A stretch of DNA of 64,000 nt from the human T2T-CHM13v2.0 reference genome, Homo sapiens: NCBI RefSeq assembly GCF_009914755.1, contig NC_060948.1. One strand, 5' to 3'. Shown piece after piece: positions 1 to 18,413 of the stretch. The translations under genes and the position numbers were made by a program. How positions within the stretch are numbered: the first letter of the stretch is position 1; each line of letters starts with the position of its first letter. The notes below the pieces were generated by a model. That model had not been told where the DNA came from. It did no database searches and was given only the letters and a program-made list of their open reading frames with translations.

Positions 1-1476
<1,476 letters not shown>

Positions 1477-2050
1477 AGATCCGTATTTTTTAAATGAAAA
1501 AAAATTTCAAAGGTACTCTGCTTGGTACAATAATCAAATGTATAAACTGAGGAATAAAACATAACCATGAAACCTACTTATAACGGCATATGGAAAATAC
1601 AGAGGATAATTTTTTAAATAACATATTTTGAAAGCCTTAACTAGTAATTTGAAGAGTTGGCATTTGAAAGGCCAGTATGAATATACCTTCAAAGCAGCAA
1701 CACAGGTTCCCCATGAGAAAAAGCAAACTCAGGGAAAATAAAACCACAAAGGTTCAATCTCTTCTGACTTTTGAAAGACACAGCACAGACAGTGGTCCTT
1801 AGGACGAAGAGCAGGAGACCCCTAATTCCGTCACCATGGCGATAGGGCATAAACATTGCTGGGTGAGGGCACAATCCACATTGTGAGGTCCAACTGCTGC
1901 CAGGAAGACAGGAGTGCTTTTACATAGACCGAAAGGTCATTGAAGGCTCAGAGTTTTGTTTCAAGAACTGAATCCCAAGCCCACACGTTATTAGGCTGCG
2001 CTTCTTAAAACAAGTTATGAGATGGGAAAAAGGGCACCCACAAACATACG
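1477..2050. repeat. GC-richer non-Alu subunit (HSATI-type segment) of DYZ2; exemplar, present after every Alu copy
   Basis: About 570 bp of complex sequence between the Alu end (gagcca) and the start of the AT-rich tract, near-identical in 26 copies. The HSATI name comes from known DYZ2 architecture, not from a search. Confidence 0.8.
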
Positions 2051-3603
2051 TATACATTATGTATATAATAATATACAGTATCATATATATAATATATATA
2101 ACCTATGTATAATATTGTTTTACATCCTGCATCTTATGTTATATATATTGTATAAAATATAATAATTGATAATATATAAGTTTTATAATTATACAATATG
2201 ACATATAGTATATATTATAATTTATGACATATATAATATATGTTATATATCATATATAGAATATATTATACGGTAAATATACGTATTAAATATAAATTAT
2301 ACATTATATATATTATATATAATATATCTGTTATATATAATACCCATTATGCATAATATATATATTATGTCTATGTTATATATAGTATAAAACAACATAT
2401 AATAATATATAATTGTATATATAAAATGCGACATATAATATATATTATATTTTATAACATATGTAATATATATTATATATTATATATAATACGTTGTATG
2501 TATAATACCTATATTAAATATATATTATATGACTATGTTATTAATTACATGTCACATGTGTTATATATTATATATTTTACATAGAATATACCGGTTAGAT
2601 ACAATATATACTATGTTACCTATAATGTATAATTTATTACATGTAAAATAAAGAATGCAATATATTATGTATAATTTATAATATACAATATGTGGAATGT
2701 GATATATATAACATATAATATATGATATATGATATACAGTATATGATATATAACATACAATATATGATTCCTAATATATATGGTATACAATATATATTTT
2801 ATGATATGTATTCTATATGTTTTATATTCTGTTATATATAACTATTTGAAATTATATATAACTGTATAATATTTTATGTAATATGTAATATAATATATAT
2901 AACTATATAATATATTATATATAACTATATATTATGTTATATATACTTTTATAACATAATTTACATAAAATATCATAATATAATATATATTATATTATTT
3001 CATATTACATAATATATATTACATATCACCCAATATAACTAACATACATAATATTATAATATAGATTATATTATGTTATATTAAATATCATATATATCAT
3101 GTATCATATATTCTATAGTATATATTACACATTATATAATATGTATGTTGTCTATTATGTGATATATATAACTATATATATAATTATATTTTTATACATA
3201 TAACTAGATAAACATGTAATTCTACATATTTTCATTTATAATATGTAGAATTATATAATCATATATAATTATTTATATTCTATAAAAAATTTTATCATTA
3301 TATGAATTATAATATATAAAAATTATAATATGTACTACAAATATATATATTATATATCATATATGATATAGTACCTTTGTTATATATCATAATACATATA
3401 AATGTGTATTATGTTATCTATAATTATATAATTTCATATATAAGATGTATAATATGTATCATATATTATATATGTTATGTAATATATATAGTATATATAA
3501 GATGACACAGGATAAATATTATATACTATGACATATAAAATATATGAGGTTATATGTTACATATAATGCATAGCACATAACATGTAATATATATCATTTA
3601 TAA
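2051..3603. repeat. AT-rich degenerate simple-repeat subunit of DYZ2 (~1.55 kb); exemplar, present in every unit
   Basis: Extremely AT-rich and built from degenerate ATAT/ATAAT/ATATGAT/TATATAACT motifs; repeats with the 2.42-kb period. Confidence 0.9.
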
Positions 3604-3894
3604 TTTTTTTTAGACAGAATCTTGTCCTGTTGCACAGGGTGGGGTACAATGGCGCCATCTTTGCTCACTGCAACTTCTGCCTCACGGGTCCAAGCGATTG
3701 TCCTCCCTCAGCCTCCCAGGTAGCTGGGACTACACCACACTGGGACTACACCAGCTGCCACCATGCCTAGCTAATTTTTTGGATTTTTAGTAGTGACAGC
3801 GTTTCACTGTATTGGCCAGGATGGTCTTGATCTCTTCACCTTGTGATCCCCTTGCCTTGGCCTCCAAATTTGCTGGGATTACAGGCCTGAGCCA
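3604..3894 (-). mobile_element. Alu copy 2 (T8 tail)
   Basis: Near-identical to copy 1. Confidence 0.95.
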
Positions 3895-5998
3895 AGATCC
3901 GTATTTTTTAAATGAAAAAAAATTTCAAAGGTACTCTGCTTGGTACAATAATCAAATGTATAAACTGAGGAATAAAACATAACCATGAAACCTACTTATA
4001 ACTGCATATGGAAAATACAGAGGATAATTTTTTAAATAACATATTTTGAAAGCCTTAACTAGTAATTTGAAGAGTTGGCATTTGAAAGGCCAGTATGAAT
4101 ATACCTTCAAAGCAGCAACACAGGTTCCCCATGAGAAAAAGCAAACACAGGGAAAATAAAAACACAAAGGTTCAATCTCTTCTGACTTTTGAAAGACACA
4201 GCACAGACAGTGGTCCTTAGGACGAAGAGCAGGAGACCCCTAATTCCGTCACCATGGCGATAGGGCATAAACATTGCTGGGTGAGGGCACAATCCACATT
4301 GTGAGGTCCAACTGCTGCCAGGAAGACAGGAGTGCTTTTACATAGACCGAAAGGTCATTGAAGGCTCAGAGTTTTGTTTCAAGAACTGAATCCCAAGCCC
4401 ACACGTTATTAGGCTGCGCTTCTTAAAACAAGTTATGAGATGGGAAAAAGGGCACCCACAAACATACGTATACATTATGTATATAATAATATACAGTATC
4501 ATATATATAATATATATAACCTATGTATAATATTGTTTTACATCCTGCATCTTATGTTATATATATTGTATAAAATATAATAATTGATAATATATAAGTT
4601 TTATAATTATACAATATGACATATAGTATATATTATAATTTATGACATATATAATATATGTTATATATCATATATAGAATATATTATACGGTTAATATAC
4701 GTATTAAATATAAATTATACATTATATATATTATATATAATATATCTGTTATATATAATACCCATTATGCATAATATATATATTATGTCTATGTTATATA
4801 TAGTATAAAACAACATATAATAATATATAATTGTATATATAAAATGCGACATATAATATATATTATATTTTATAACATATGTAATATATATTATATATTA
4901 TATATAATACGTTGTATGTATAATACCTATATTAAATATATATTATATGACTATGTTATTAATTACATGTCACATGTGTTATATATTATATATTTTAAAT
5001 AGAATATACCGGTTACATACAATATATACTATGTTACCTATAATGTATAATTTATTACATGTAAAATAAGGAATGCAATATATTATGCATAATTTATAAT
5101 ATACAATATGTGGAATGTGATATATATAACATATAATATATGATATATGATATACAGTATATGATATATAACATACAATATATGATTCCTAAAATATATG
5201 GTATACAATGTATATTTTATGTTATGTATTCTATATGTTTTATATTCTGTTATATATAACTATTTGAAATTATATATAACTGTATAATATTTTATGTAAT
5301 ATGTAATATAATATATATAACTATATAATATATTATATATAACTATATATTATGTTATATATACTTTTATAACATAATTTACATAAAATATCATAATATA
5401 ATATATATTATATTATTTCATATTACATAATATATATTACATATCACCCAATATAAGTAACATACATAATATTATAATATAGATTATATTATGTTATATT
5501 AAATATCATATATATCATGTATCATATATTCTATAATATATATTACACATTATATAATATGTATGTTGTCTATTATGTGATATATATAACTATATATATT
5601 ATTATATTTTTATACATATAACTAGATAAACATGTAATTCTACATATTTTCATTTATAATATGTAGAATTATATAATCATATATAATTATTTATATTCTA
5701 TAAAAAATTTTATTATTATATGAATTATAATATATAAAAATTATAATATGTACTACAAATATATATATTATATATCATATATGATATACTACCTTTGTTA
5801 TATATCATAATACATATAAATGTGTATTATGTTATCTATAATTATATAATTTCATATATAAGATGTATAATATGTATCATATATTATATATGTTATGTAA
5901 TATATATAGTATATATAAGATGACACAGGATAAATATTATATACTATGACATATAAAATATATGAGGTTATATGTTACATATAATGCATAGCACATAA

Positions 5999-6313
<315 letters not shown>

Positions 6314-8418
6314 AGATCCGTATTTTTTAAATGAAAAAAAATTTCAAAGGTACTCTGCTTGGTACAATAATCAAATGTATAAACTGAGGAATAAAACATA
6401 ACCATGAAACCTACTTATAACTGCATATGGAAAATACAGAGGATAATTTTTTAAATAACATATTTTGAAAGCCTTAACTAGTAATTTGAAGAGTTGGCAT
6501 TTGAAAGGCCAGTATGAATATACCTTCAAAGCAGCAACACAGGTTCCCCATGAGAAAAAGCAAACTCAGGGAAAATAAAACCACAAAGGTTCAATCTCTT
6601 CTGACCTTTGAAAGACACAGCACAGACAGTGGTCCTTAGGACGAAGAGCAGGAGACCCCTAATTCCGTCACCATGGCGATAGGGCATAAACATTGCTGGG
6701 TGAGGGCACAATCCACATTGTGAGGTCCAACTGCTGCCAGGAAGACAGGAGTGCTTTTACATAGACCGAAAGGTCATTGAAGGCTCAGAGTTTTGTTTCA
6801 AGAACTGAATCCCAAGCCCACACGTTATTAGGCTGCGCTTCTTAAAACAAGTTATGAGATGGGAAAAAGGGCACCCACAAACATACGTATACATTATGTA
6901 TATAATAATATACAGTATCATATATATAATATATATAACCTATGTATAATATTGTTTTACATCCTGCATCTTATGTTATATATATTGTATAAAATATAAT
7001 AATTGATAATATATAAGTTTTATAATTATACAATATGACATATAGTATATATTATAATTTATGACATATATAATATATGTTATATATCATATATAGAATA
7101 TATTATACGGTTAATATACGTATTAAATATAAATTATACATTATATATATTATATATAATATATCTGTTATATATAATACCCATTATGCATAATATATAT
7201 ATTATGTCTATGTTATATATAGTATAAAACAACATATAATAATATATAATTGTATATATAAAATGCGACATATAATATATATTATATTTTATAACATATG
7301 TAATATATATTATATATTATATATAATACGTTGTATGTATAATACCTATATTAAATATATATTATATGACTATGTTATTAATTACATGTCACATGTGTTA
7401 TATATTATATATTTTACATAGAATATACCGGTTAGATACAATATATACTATGTTACCTATAATGTATAATTTATTACATGTAAAATAAAGAATGCAATAT
7501 ATTATGTATAATTTATAATATACAATATGTGGAATGTGATATATATAACATATAATATATGATATATGATATACAGTATATGATATATAACATACAATAT
7601 ATGATTCCTAATATATATGGTATACAATATATATTTTATGATATGTATTCTATATGTTTTATATTCTGTTATATATAACTATTTGAAATTATATATAACT
7701 GTATAATATTTTATGTAAATATGTAATATAATATATATAACTATATAATATATTATATATAACTATATATTATGTTATATATACTTTTATAACATAATTT
7801 ACATAAAATATCATAATATAGTATATATTATATTATTTCATATTACATAATATATATTACATATCACCCAATATAACTAACATACATAATATTATAATAT
7901 AGATTATATTATGTTATATTAAATATCATATATATCATGTATCATATATTCTATAATATATATTACACTTTATATAATATGTATGTTGTCTAATATGTGA
8001 TATATATAACTATATATATAATTATATTTTTATACATATAACTAGATAACCATGTAATTCTACATATTTTCATTTATAATATGTAGAATTATATAATCAT
8101 ATATAATTATTTATATTCTATAAAAAATTTTATCATTATATAAATTATAATATATAAAAATTATAATATGTACTACAAATATATATATTATATATCATAT
8201 ATGATATAGTACCTTTGTTATATATCATAATACATATAAATGTGTATTATGTTATCTATAATTATATAATTTCATATATAAGGTGTATAATATGTATCAT
8301 ATATTATATATGTTATGTAATATATATAGTATATATAAGATGACACAGGATAAATATTATATACTATGACATATAAAATATATGAGGTTATATGTTACAT
8401 ATAAGGCATAGCACATAA

Positions 8419-8733
<315 letters not shown>

Positions 8734-10838
8734 AGATCCATATTTTTTAAATGAAAAAAAATTTCAAAGGTACTCTGCTTGGTACAATAATCAAATGTAT
8801 AAACTGAGGAATAAAACATAACCATGAAACCTACTTATAACTGCATATGGAAAATACAGAGGATAATTTTTTAAATAACATATTTTGAAAGCCTTAACTA
8901 GTAATTTGAAGAGTTGGCATTTGAAAGGCCAGTATGAATATACCTTCAAAGCAGCAACACAGGTTCCCCATGAGAAAAAGCAAACTCAGGGAAAATAAAA
9001 CCACAAAGGTTCAATCTCTTCTGACCTTTGAAAGACACAGCACAGACAGTGGTCCTTAGGACGAAGAGCAGGAGACCCCTAATTCCGTCACCATGGCGAT
9101 AGGGCATAAACATTGCTGGGTGAGGGCACAATCCACATTGTGAGGTCCAACTGCTGCCAGGAAGACAGGAGTGCTTTTACATAGACCGAAAGGTCATTGA
9201 AGGCTCAGAGTTTTGTTTCAAGAACTGAATCCCAAGCCCACACGTTATTAGGCTGCGCTTCTTAAAACAAGGTATGAGATGGGAAAAAGGGCACCCACAA
9301 ACATACGTATACATTATGTATATAATAATATACAGTATCATATATATAATATATATAACCTATGTATAATATTGTTTTACATCCTGCATCTTATGTTATA
9401 TATATTGTATAAAATATAATAATTGATAATATATAAGTTTTATAATTATACAATATGACATATAGTATATATTATAATTTATGACATATATAATATATGT
9501 TATATATCATATATAGAATATATTATACGGTTAATATACGTATTAAATATAAATTATACATTATATATATTATATATAATATATCTGTTATATATAATAC
9601 CCATTATGCATAATATATATATTATGTCTATGTTATATATAGTATAAAACAACATATAATAATATATAATTGTATATATAAAATGCGACATATAATATAT
9701 ATTATATTTTATAACATATGTAATATATATTATATATTATATATAATACGTTGTATGTATAATACCTATATTAAATATATATTATATGACTATGTTATTA
9801 ATTACATGTCACATGTGTTATATATTATATATTTTACATAGAATATACCGGTTAGATACAATATATACTATGTTACCTATAATGTATAATTTATTACATG
9901 TAAAATAAAGAATGCAATATATTATGTATAATTTATAATATACAATATGTGGAATGTGATATATATAACATATAATATATGATATATGATATACAGTATA
10001 TGATATATAACATACAATATATGATTCCTAATATATATGGTATACAATATATATTTTATGATATGTATTCTATATGTTTTATATTCTGTTATATATAACT
10101 ATTTGAAATTATATATAACTGTATAATATTTTATGTAAATATGTAATATAATATATATAACTATATAATATATTATATATAACTATATATTATGTTATAT
10201 ATACTTTTATAACATAATTTACATAAAATATCATAATATAATATATATTATATTATTTCATATTACATAATATATATTACATATCACCCAATATAAGTAA
10301 CATACATAATATTATAATATAGATTATATTATGTTATATTAAATATCATATATATCATGTATCATATATTCTATAATATATATTACACATTATATAATAT
10401 GTATGTTGTCTATTATGTGATATATATAACTATATATATTATTATATTTTTATACATATAACTAGATAAACATGTAATTCTACATATTTTCATTTATAAT
10501 ATGTAGAATTATATAATCATATATAATTATTTATATTCTATAAAAAATTTTATTATTATATGAATTATAATATATAAAAATTATAATATGTACTACAAAT
10601 ATATATATTATATATCATATATGATATACTACCTTTGTTATATATCATAATACATATAAATGTGTATTATGTTATCTATAATTATATAATTTCATATATA
10701 AGATGTATAATATGTATCATATATTATATATGTTATGTAATATATATAGTATATATAAGATGACACAGGATAAATATTATATACTATGACATATAAAATA
10801 TATGAGGTTATATGTTACATATAATGCATAGCACATAA

Positions 10839-11153
<315 letters not shown>

Positions 11154-13258
11154 AGATCCGTATTTTTTAAATGAAAAAAAATTTCAAAGGTACTCTGCTT
11201 GGTACAATAATCAAATGTATAAACTGAGGAATAAAACATAACCATGAAACCTACTTATAACTGCATATGGAAAATACAGAGGATAATTTGTTAAATAACA
11301 TATTTTGAAAGCCTTAACTAGTAATTTGAAGAGTTGGCATTTGAAAGGCCAGTATGAATATACCTTCAAAGCAGCAACACAGGTTCCCCATGAGAAAAAG
11401 CAAACTCAGGGAAAATAAAACCACAAAGGTTCAATCTCTTCTGACCTTTGAAAGACACAGCACAGACAGTGGTCCTTAGGACGAAGAGCAGGAGACCCCT
11501 AATTCCGTCACCATGGCGATAGGGCATAAACATTGCTGGGTGAGGGTACAATCCACATTGTGAGGTCCAACTGCTGCCAGGAAGACAGGAGTGCTTTTAC
11601 ATAGACCGAAAGGTCATTGAAGGCTCAGAGTTTTGTTTCAAGAACTGAATCCCAAGCCCACACGTTATTAGGCTGCGCTTCTTAAAACAAGTTATGAGAT
11701 GGGAAAAAGGGCACCCACAAACATACGTATACATTATGTATATAATAATATACGGTATCATATATATAATATATATAACCTATGTATAATATTGTTTTAC
11801 ATCCTGCATCTTATGTTATATATATTGTATAAAATATAATAATTGATAATATATAAGTTTTATAATTATACAATATGACATATAGTATATATTATAATTT
11901 ATGACATATATAATATATGTTATATATCATATATAGAATATATTATACGGTTAATATACGTATTAAATATAAATTATACATTATATATATTATATATAAT
12001 ATATCTGTTATATATAATACCCATTATGCATAATATATATATTATGTCTATGTTATATATAGTATAAAACAACATATAATAATATATAATTGTATATATA
12101 AAATGCGACATATAATATATATTATATTTTATAACATATGTAATATATATTATATATTATATATAATACGTTGTATGTATAATACCTATATTAAATATAT
12201 ATTATATGACTATGTTATTAATTACATGTCACATGTGTTATATATTATATATTTTACATAGAATATACCGGTTACATACAATATATACTATGTTACCTAT
12301 AATGTATAATTTATTACATGTAAAATAAAGAATGCAATATATTATGTAAAATTTATAATATACAATATGTGGAATGTGATATATGTAACATATAATATAT
12401 GATATATGATATACAGTATATGATATATAACATACAATATATGATTCCTAATATATATGGTATACAATATATATTTTATGATATGTATTCTATATGTTTT
12501 ATATTCTGTTATATATAACTATTTGAAATTATATATAACTGTATAATATTTTATGTAAATATGTAATATAATATATATAACTATATAATATATTATATAT
12601 AACTATATATTATGTTATGTATACTTTTATAACATAATTTACATAAAATATCATAATATAATACATATTATATTATTTCATATTACATAATATATATTAC
12701 ATATCACCCAATATAACTAACATACATAATATTATAATATAGATTATATTATGTTATATTAAATATCATATATATCATGTATCATATATTCTATAATATA
12801 TATTACACATTATATAATATGTATGTTGTCTATTATGTGATATATATAACTATATATATAATTATATTTTTATACATATAACTAGATAAACATGTAATTC
12901 TACATATTTTCATTTATAATATGTAGAATTATATAATCATATATAATTATTTATATTCTATAAAAAATTTTATCATTATATAAATTATAATATATAAAAA
13001 TTATAATATGTACTACAAATATATATATTATATATCATATATGATATAGTACCTTTGTTATATATCATAATACATATAAATGTGTATTATGTTATCTATA
13101 ATTATATAATTTCATATATAAGTTGTATAATATGTATCATATATTATATATGTTATGTAATATATATAGTATATATAAGATGACACAGGATAAATATTAT
13201 ATACTATGACATATAAAATATATGAGGTTATATGTTACATATAAGGCATAGCACATAA

Positions 13259-13573
<315 letters not shown>

Positions 13574-15701
13574 AGATCCATATTTTTTAAATGAAAAAAA
13601 ATTTCAAAGGTACTCTGCTTGGTACAATAATCAAATGTATAAACTGAGGAATAAAACATAACCATGAAACCTACTTATAACTGCATATGGAAAATACAGA
13701 GGATAATTTTTTAAATAACATATTTTGAAAGCCTTAACTAGTAATTTGAAGAGTTGGCATTTGAAAGGCCAGTATGAATATACCTTCAAAGCAGCAACAC
13801 AGGTTCCCCATGAGAAAAAGCAAACACAGGGAAAATAAAAACACAAAGGTTCAATCTCTTCTGACCTTTGAAAGACACAGCACAGACAGTGGTCCTTAGG
13901 ACGAAGAGCAGGAGACCCCTAATTCCGTCACCATGGCGATAGGGCATAAACATTGCTGGGTGAGGGCACAATCCACATTGTGAGGTCCAACTGCTGCCAG
14001 GAAGACAGGAGTGCTTTTACATAGACCGAAAGGTCATTGAAGGCTCAGAGTTTTGTTTCAAGAACTGAATCCCAAGCCCACACGTTATTAGGCTGCGCTT
14101 CTTAAAACAAGTTATGAGATGGGAAAAAGGGCACCCACAAACATACGTATACATTATGTATATAATAATATACAGTATCATATATATAATATATAACCTA
14201 TGTATAATATTGTTTTACATCCTGCATCTTATGTTATATATATTGTATAAAATATAATAATTGATAATATATAAGTTTTATAATTATACAATATGACATA
14301 TAGTATATATTATAATTTATGACATATATAATATATGTTATATATCATATATAGAATATATTATACGGTTAATATACGTATTAAATATAAATTATACCTT
14401 ATATATATTATATATAATATATCTGTTATATATAATACCCATTATGCATAATATATATATTATGTCTATGTTATATATAGTATAAAACAACATATAATAA
14501 TATATAATTGTATATATAAAATGCGACATATAATATATATTATATTTTATAACATATGTAATATATATTATATATTATATATAATACGTTGTATGTATAA
14601 TACCTATATTAAATATATATTATATAACTATGTTATTAATTACATGTCACATGTGTTATATATTATATATTTTACATAGAATATACCGGTTACATACAAT
14701 ATATACTATGTTACCTATAATGTATAATTGATTACATGTAAAATAAAGAATGCAATATATTACGTATAATTTATAATATACAATATGTGGAATGTGACAT
14801 ATGTAACATATAATATATGATATATGATATACAGTATATGATATATAACATACAATATATGATTCCTAATATATATGGTATACAATATATATTTTATGAT
14901 ATGTATTCTATATGTTTTATATTCTGTTATATATAACTATTTGAAATTATATATAACTGTATAATATTTTATGTAAATATGTAATATAATATATATAACT
15001 ATATAATATATTATATATAACTATATATTATGTTATATATACTTTTATAACATAATTTACATAAAATATCATAATATAATATATATTATATTATTTCATA
15101 TTACATAATATATATTACATATCACCCAATATAACTAACATACATAATATTATAATATAGATTATATTATGTTATATTAAATATCATATATATCATGTAT
15201 CATATATTCTATAATATATATTACACATTATATAATATGTATGTTGTCTATTATGTGATATATATAACTATATATATAATTATATTTTTATACATATAAC
15301 TAGATAAACATGTAATTCTACATATTTTCATTTATAATATGTAGAATTATATAATCATATATAATTATTTATATTCTATAAAAAATTTTATCATTATATA
15401 AATTATAATTTAAAAAAATTATAATATGTACTACAAATATATATATATTATATATCATATATGATATAGTACCTTTGTTATATATCATAATACATATAAA
15501 TGTGTATTATGTTATCTATAATTATATAATTTCATATATAAGATGTATAATATGTATCATATAATATATATGTTATGTAATATATATAGTATATATAAGA
15601 TGACACAGGATAAATATTATATACTATGACATATAAAATATATGAGGATATATGTTACATATAAGGCATAGCACATAACATGTAATATATATCATATATA
15701 A

Positions 15702-15993
15702 TTTTTTTTTAGACTGAATCTTGTCCTGTTGCACAGGGTGGGGTACAATGGCGCCATCTTTGCTCACTGCAACTTCTGCCTCACGGGTCCAAGCGATTGT
15801 CCTCCCTCAGCCTCCCAGGTAGCTGGGACTACACCACACTGGGACTACACCAGATGCCACCATGCCTAGCTAATTTTTTGGATTTTTAGTAGTGACAGCG
15901 TTTCACTGTATTGGCCAGGATGGTCTTGATCTCTTCACCTTGTGATCCCCTTGCCTTGGCCTCCAAGTTTGCTGGGATTACAGGCCTGAGCCA
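15702..15993 (-). mobile_element. Alu copy 7
   Basis: Near-identical to copy 1. Confidence 0.95.
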
Positions 15994-18098
15994 AGATCCG
16001 TATTTTTTAAATGAAAAAAAATTTCAAAGGTACTCTGCTTGGTACAATAATCAAATGTATAAACTGAGGAATAAAACATAACCATGAAACCTACTTATAA
16101 CTGCATATGGAAAATACAGAGGATAATTTTTTAAATAACATATTTTGAAAGCCTTAACTAGTAATTTGAAGAGTTGGCATTTGAAAGGCCAGTATGAATA
16201 TACCTTCAAAGCAGCAACACAGGTTCCCCATGAGAAAAAGCAAACACAGGGAAAATAAAAACACAAAGGTTCAATCTCTTCTGACCTTTGAAAGACACAG
16301 CACAGACAGTGGTCCTTAGGACGAAGAGCAGGAGACCCCTAATTCCGTCACCATGGCGATAGGGCATAAACATTGCTGGGTGAGGGTACAATCCACATTG
16401 TGAGGTCCAACTGCTGCCAGGAAGACAGGAGTGCTTTTACATAGACCGAAAGGTCATTGAAGGCTCAGAGTTTTGTTTCAAGAACTGAATCCCAAGCCCA
16501 CACGTTATTAGGCTGCGCTTCTTAAAACAAGTTATGAGATGGGAAAAAGGGCACCCACAAACATACGTATACATTATGTATATAATAATATACGGTATCA
16601 TATATATAATATATATAACCTATGTATAATATTGTTTTACATCCTGCATCTTATGTTATATATATTGTATAAAATATAATAATTGATAATATATAAGTTT
16701 TATAATTATACAATATGACATATATTATATATTATAATTTATGACATATATAATATATGTTATATATCATATATAGAATATATTATACGGTTAATATACG
16801 TATTAAATATAAATTATACATTATATATATTATATATAATATATCTGTTATATATAATACCCATTATGCATAATATATATATTATGTCTATGTTATATAT
16901 AGTATAAAACAACATATAATAATATATAATTGTATATATAAAATGCGACATATAATATATATTATATTTTATAACATATGTAATATATATTATATATTTT
17001 ATATAATACGTTGTATGTATAATACCTATATTAAATATATATTATATGACTATGTTATTAATTACATGTCACATGTGTTATATATTATATATTTTAGATA
17101 GAATATACCGGTTACATACAATATATACTATGTTACCTGTAATGTATAATTTATTACATGTAAAATAAAGAATGCAATATATTATGTAAAATTTATAATA
17201 TACAATATGTGGAATGTGATATATGTAATATATAATATATGATATATGATATACAGTATATGATATATAACATACAATATATGATTCCTAATATATATGG
17301 TATACAATATATATTTTATGATATGTATTCTATATGTTTTATATTCTGTTATATATAACTATTTGAAATTATATATAACTGTATAATATTTTATGTAAAT
17401 ATGTAATATAATATATATAACTATATAATATATTATATATAACTATATATTATGTTATATATACTTTTATAACTTAATTTATATAAAATGTCATAGTATA
17501 ATATATATTATATTACTTCATATTACATAATATATATTACATATCACCCAATATAAGTAACATACATAACATTATAATATACATTATATTATGTTATATT
17601 AAATATCATATATATCATGTATCATATATTCTATAATATATATTATACATTATATAATATGCATGTTGTCTATTATGTGATATATATAACTCTATATATA
17701 ATTATATTATTATACATATAACTAGATAAACATGTAATTCTACATATTTTCATTTATAATATGTAGAATTATATAATCATATATAATTATTTATATTCTA
17801 TAAAAAATTTTATCATTATATAAATTATAATATATAAAAATTATAATATGTACTACAAATATATATATTATATATCATATATGATATAGTACCTTTGTTA
17901 TATATCATAATACATATAAATGTGTATTAAGTTATCTATAATTATATAATTTCATATATAAGATGTATAATATGTATCATATATTATATATGTTATGTAA
18001 TATATATAGTATATATAAGATGACACAGGATAAATATTATATACTATGACATATAAAATATATGAGGTTATATGTTACATATAAGGCATAGCACATAA

Positions 18099-18413
<315 letters not shown>

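Noticed and set aside
2051-3603. TATA boxes, polyadenylation signals and matrix-attachment motifs in the AT-rich segment
   Set aside because: They are expected by chance at this base composition, and no transcript structure is associated with them.
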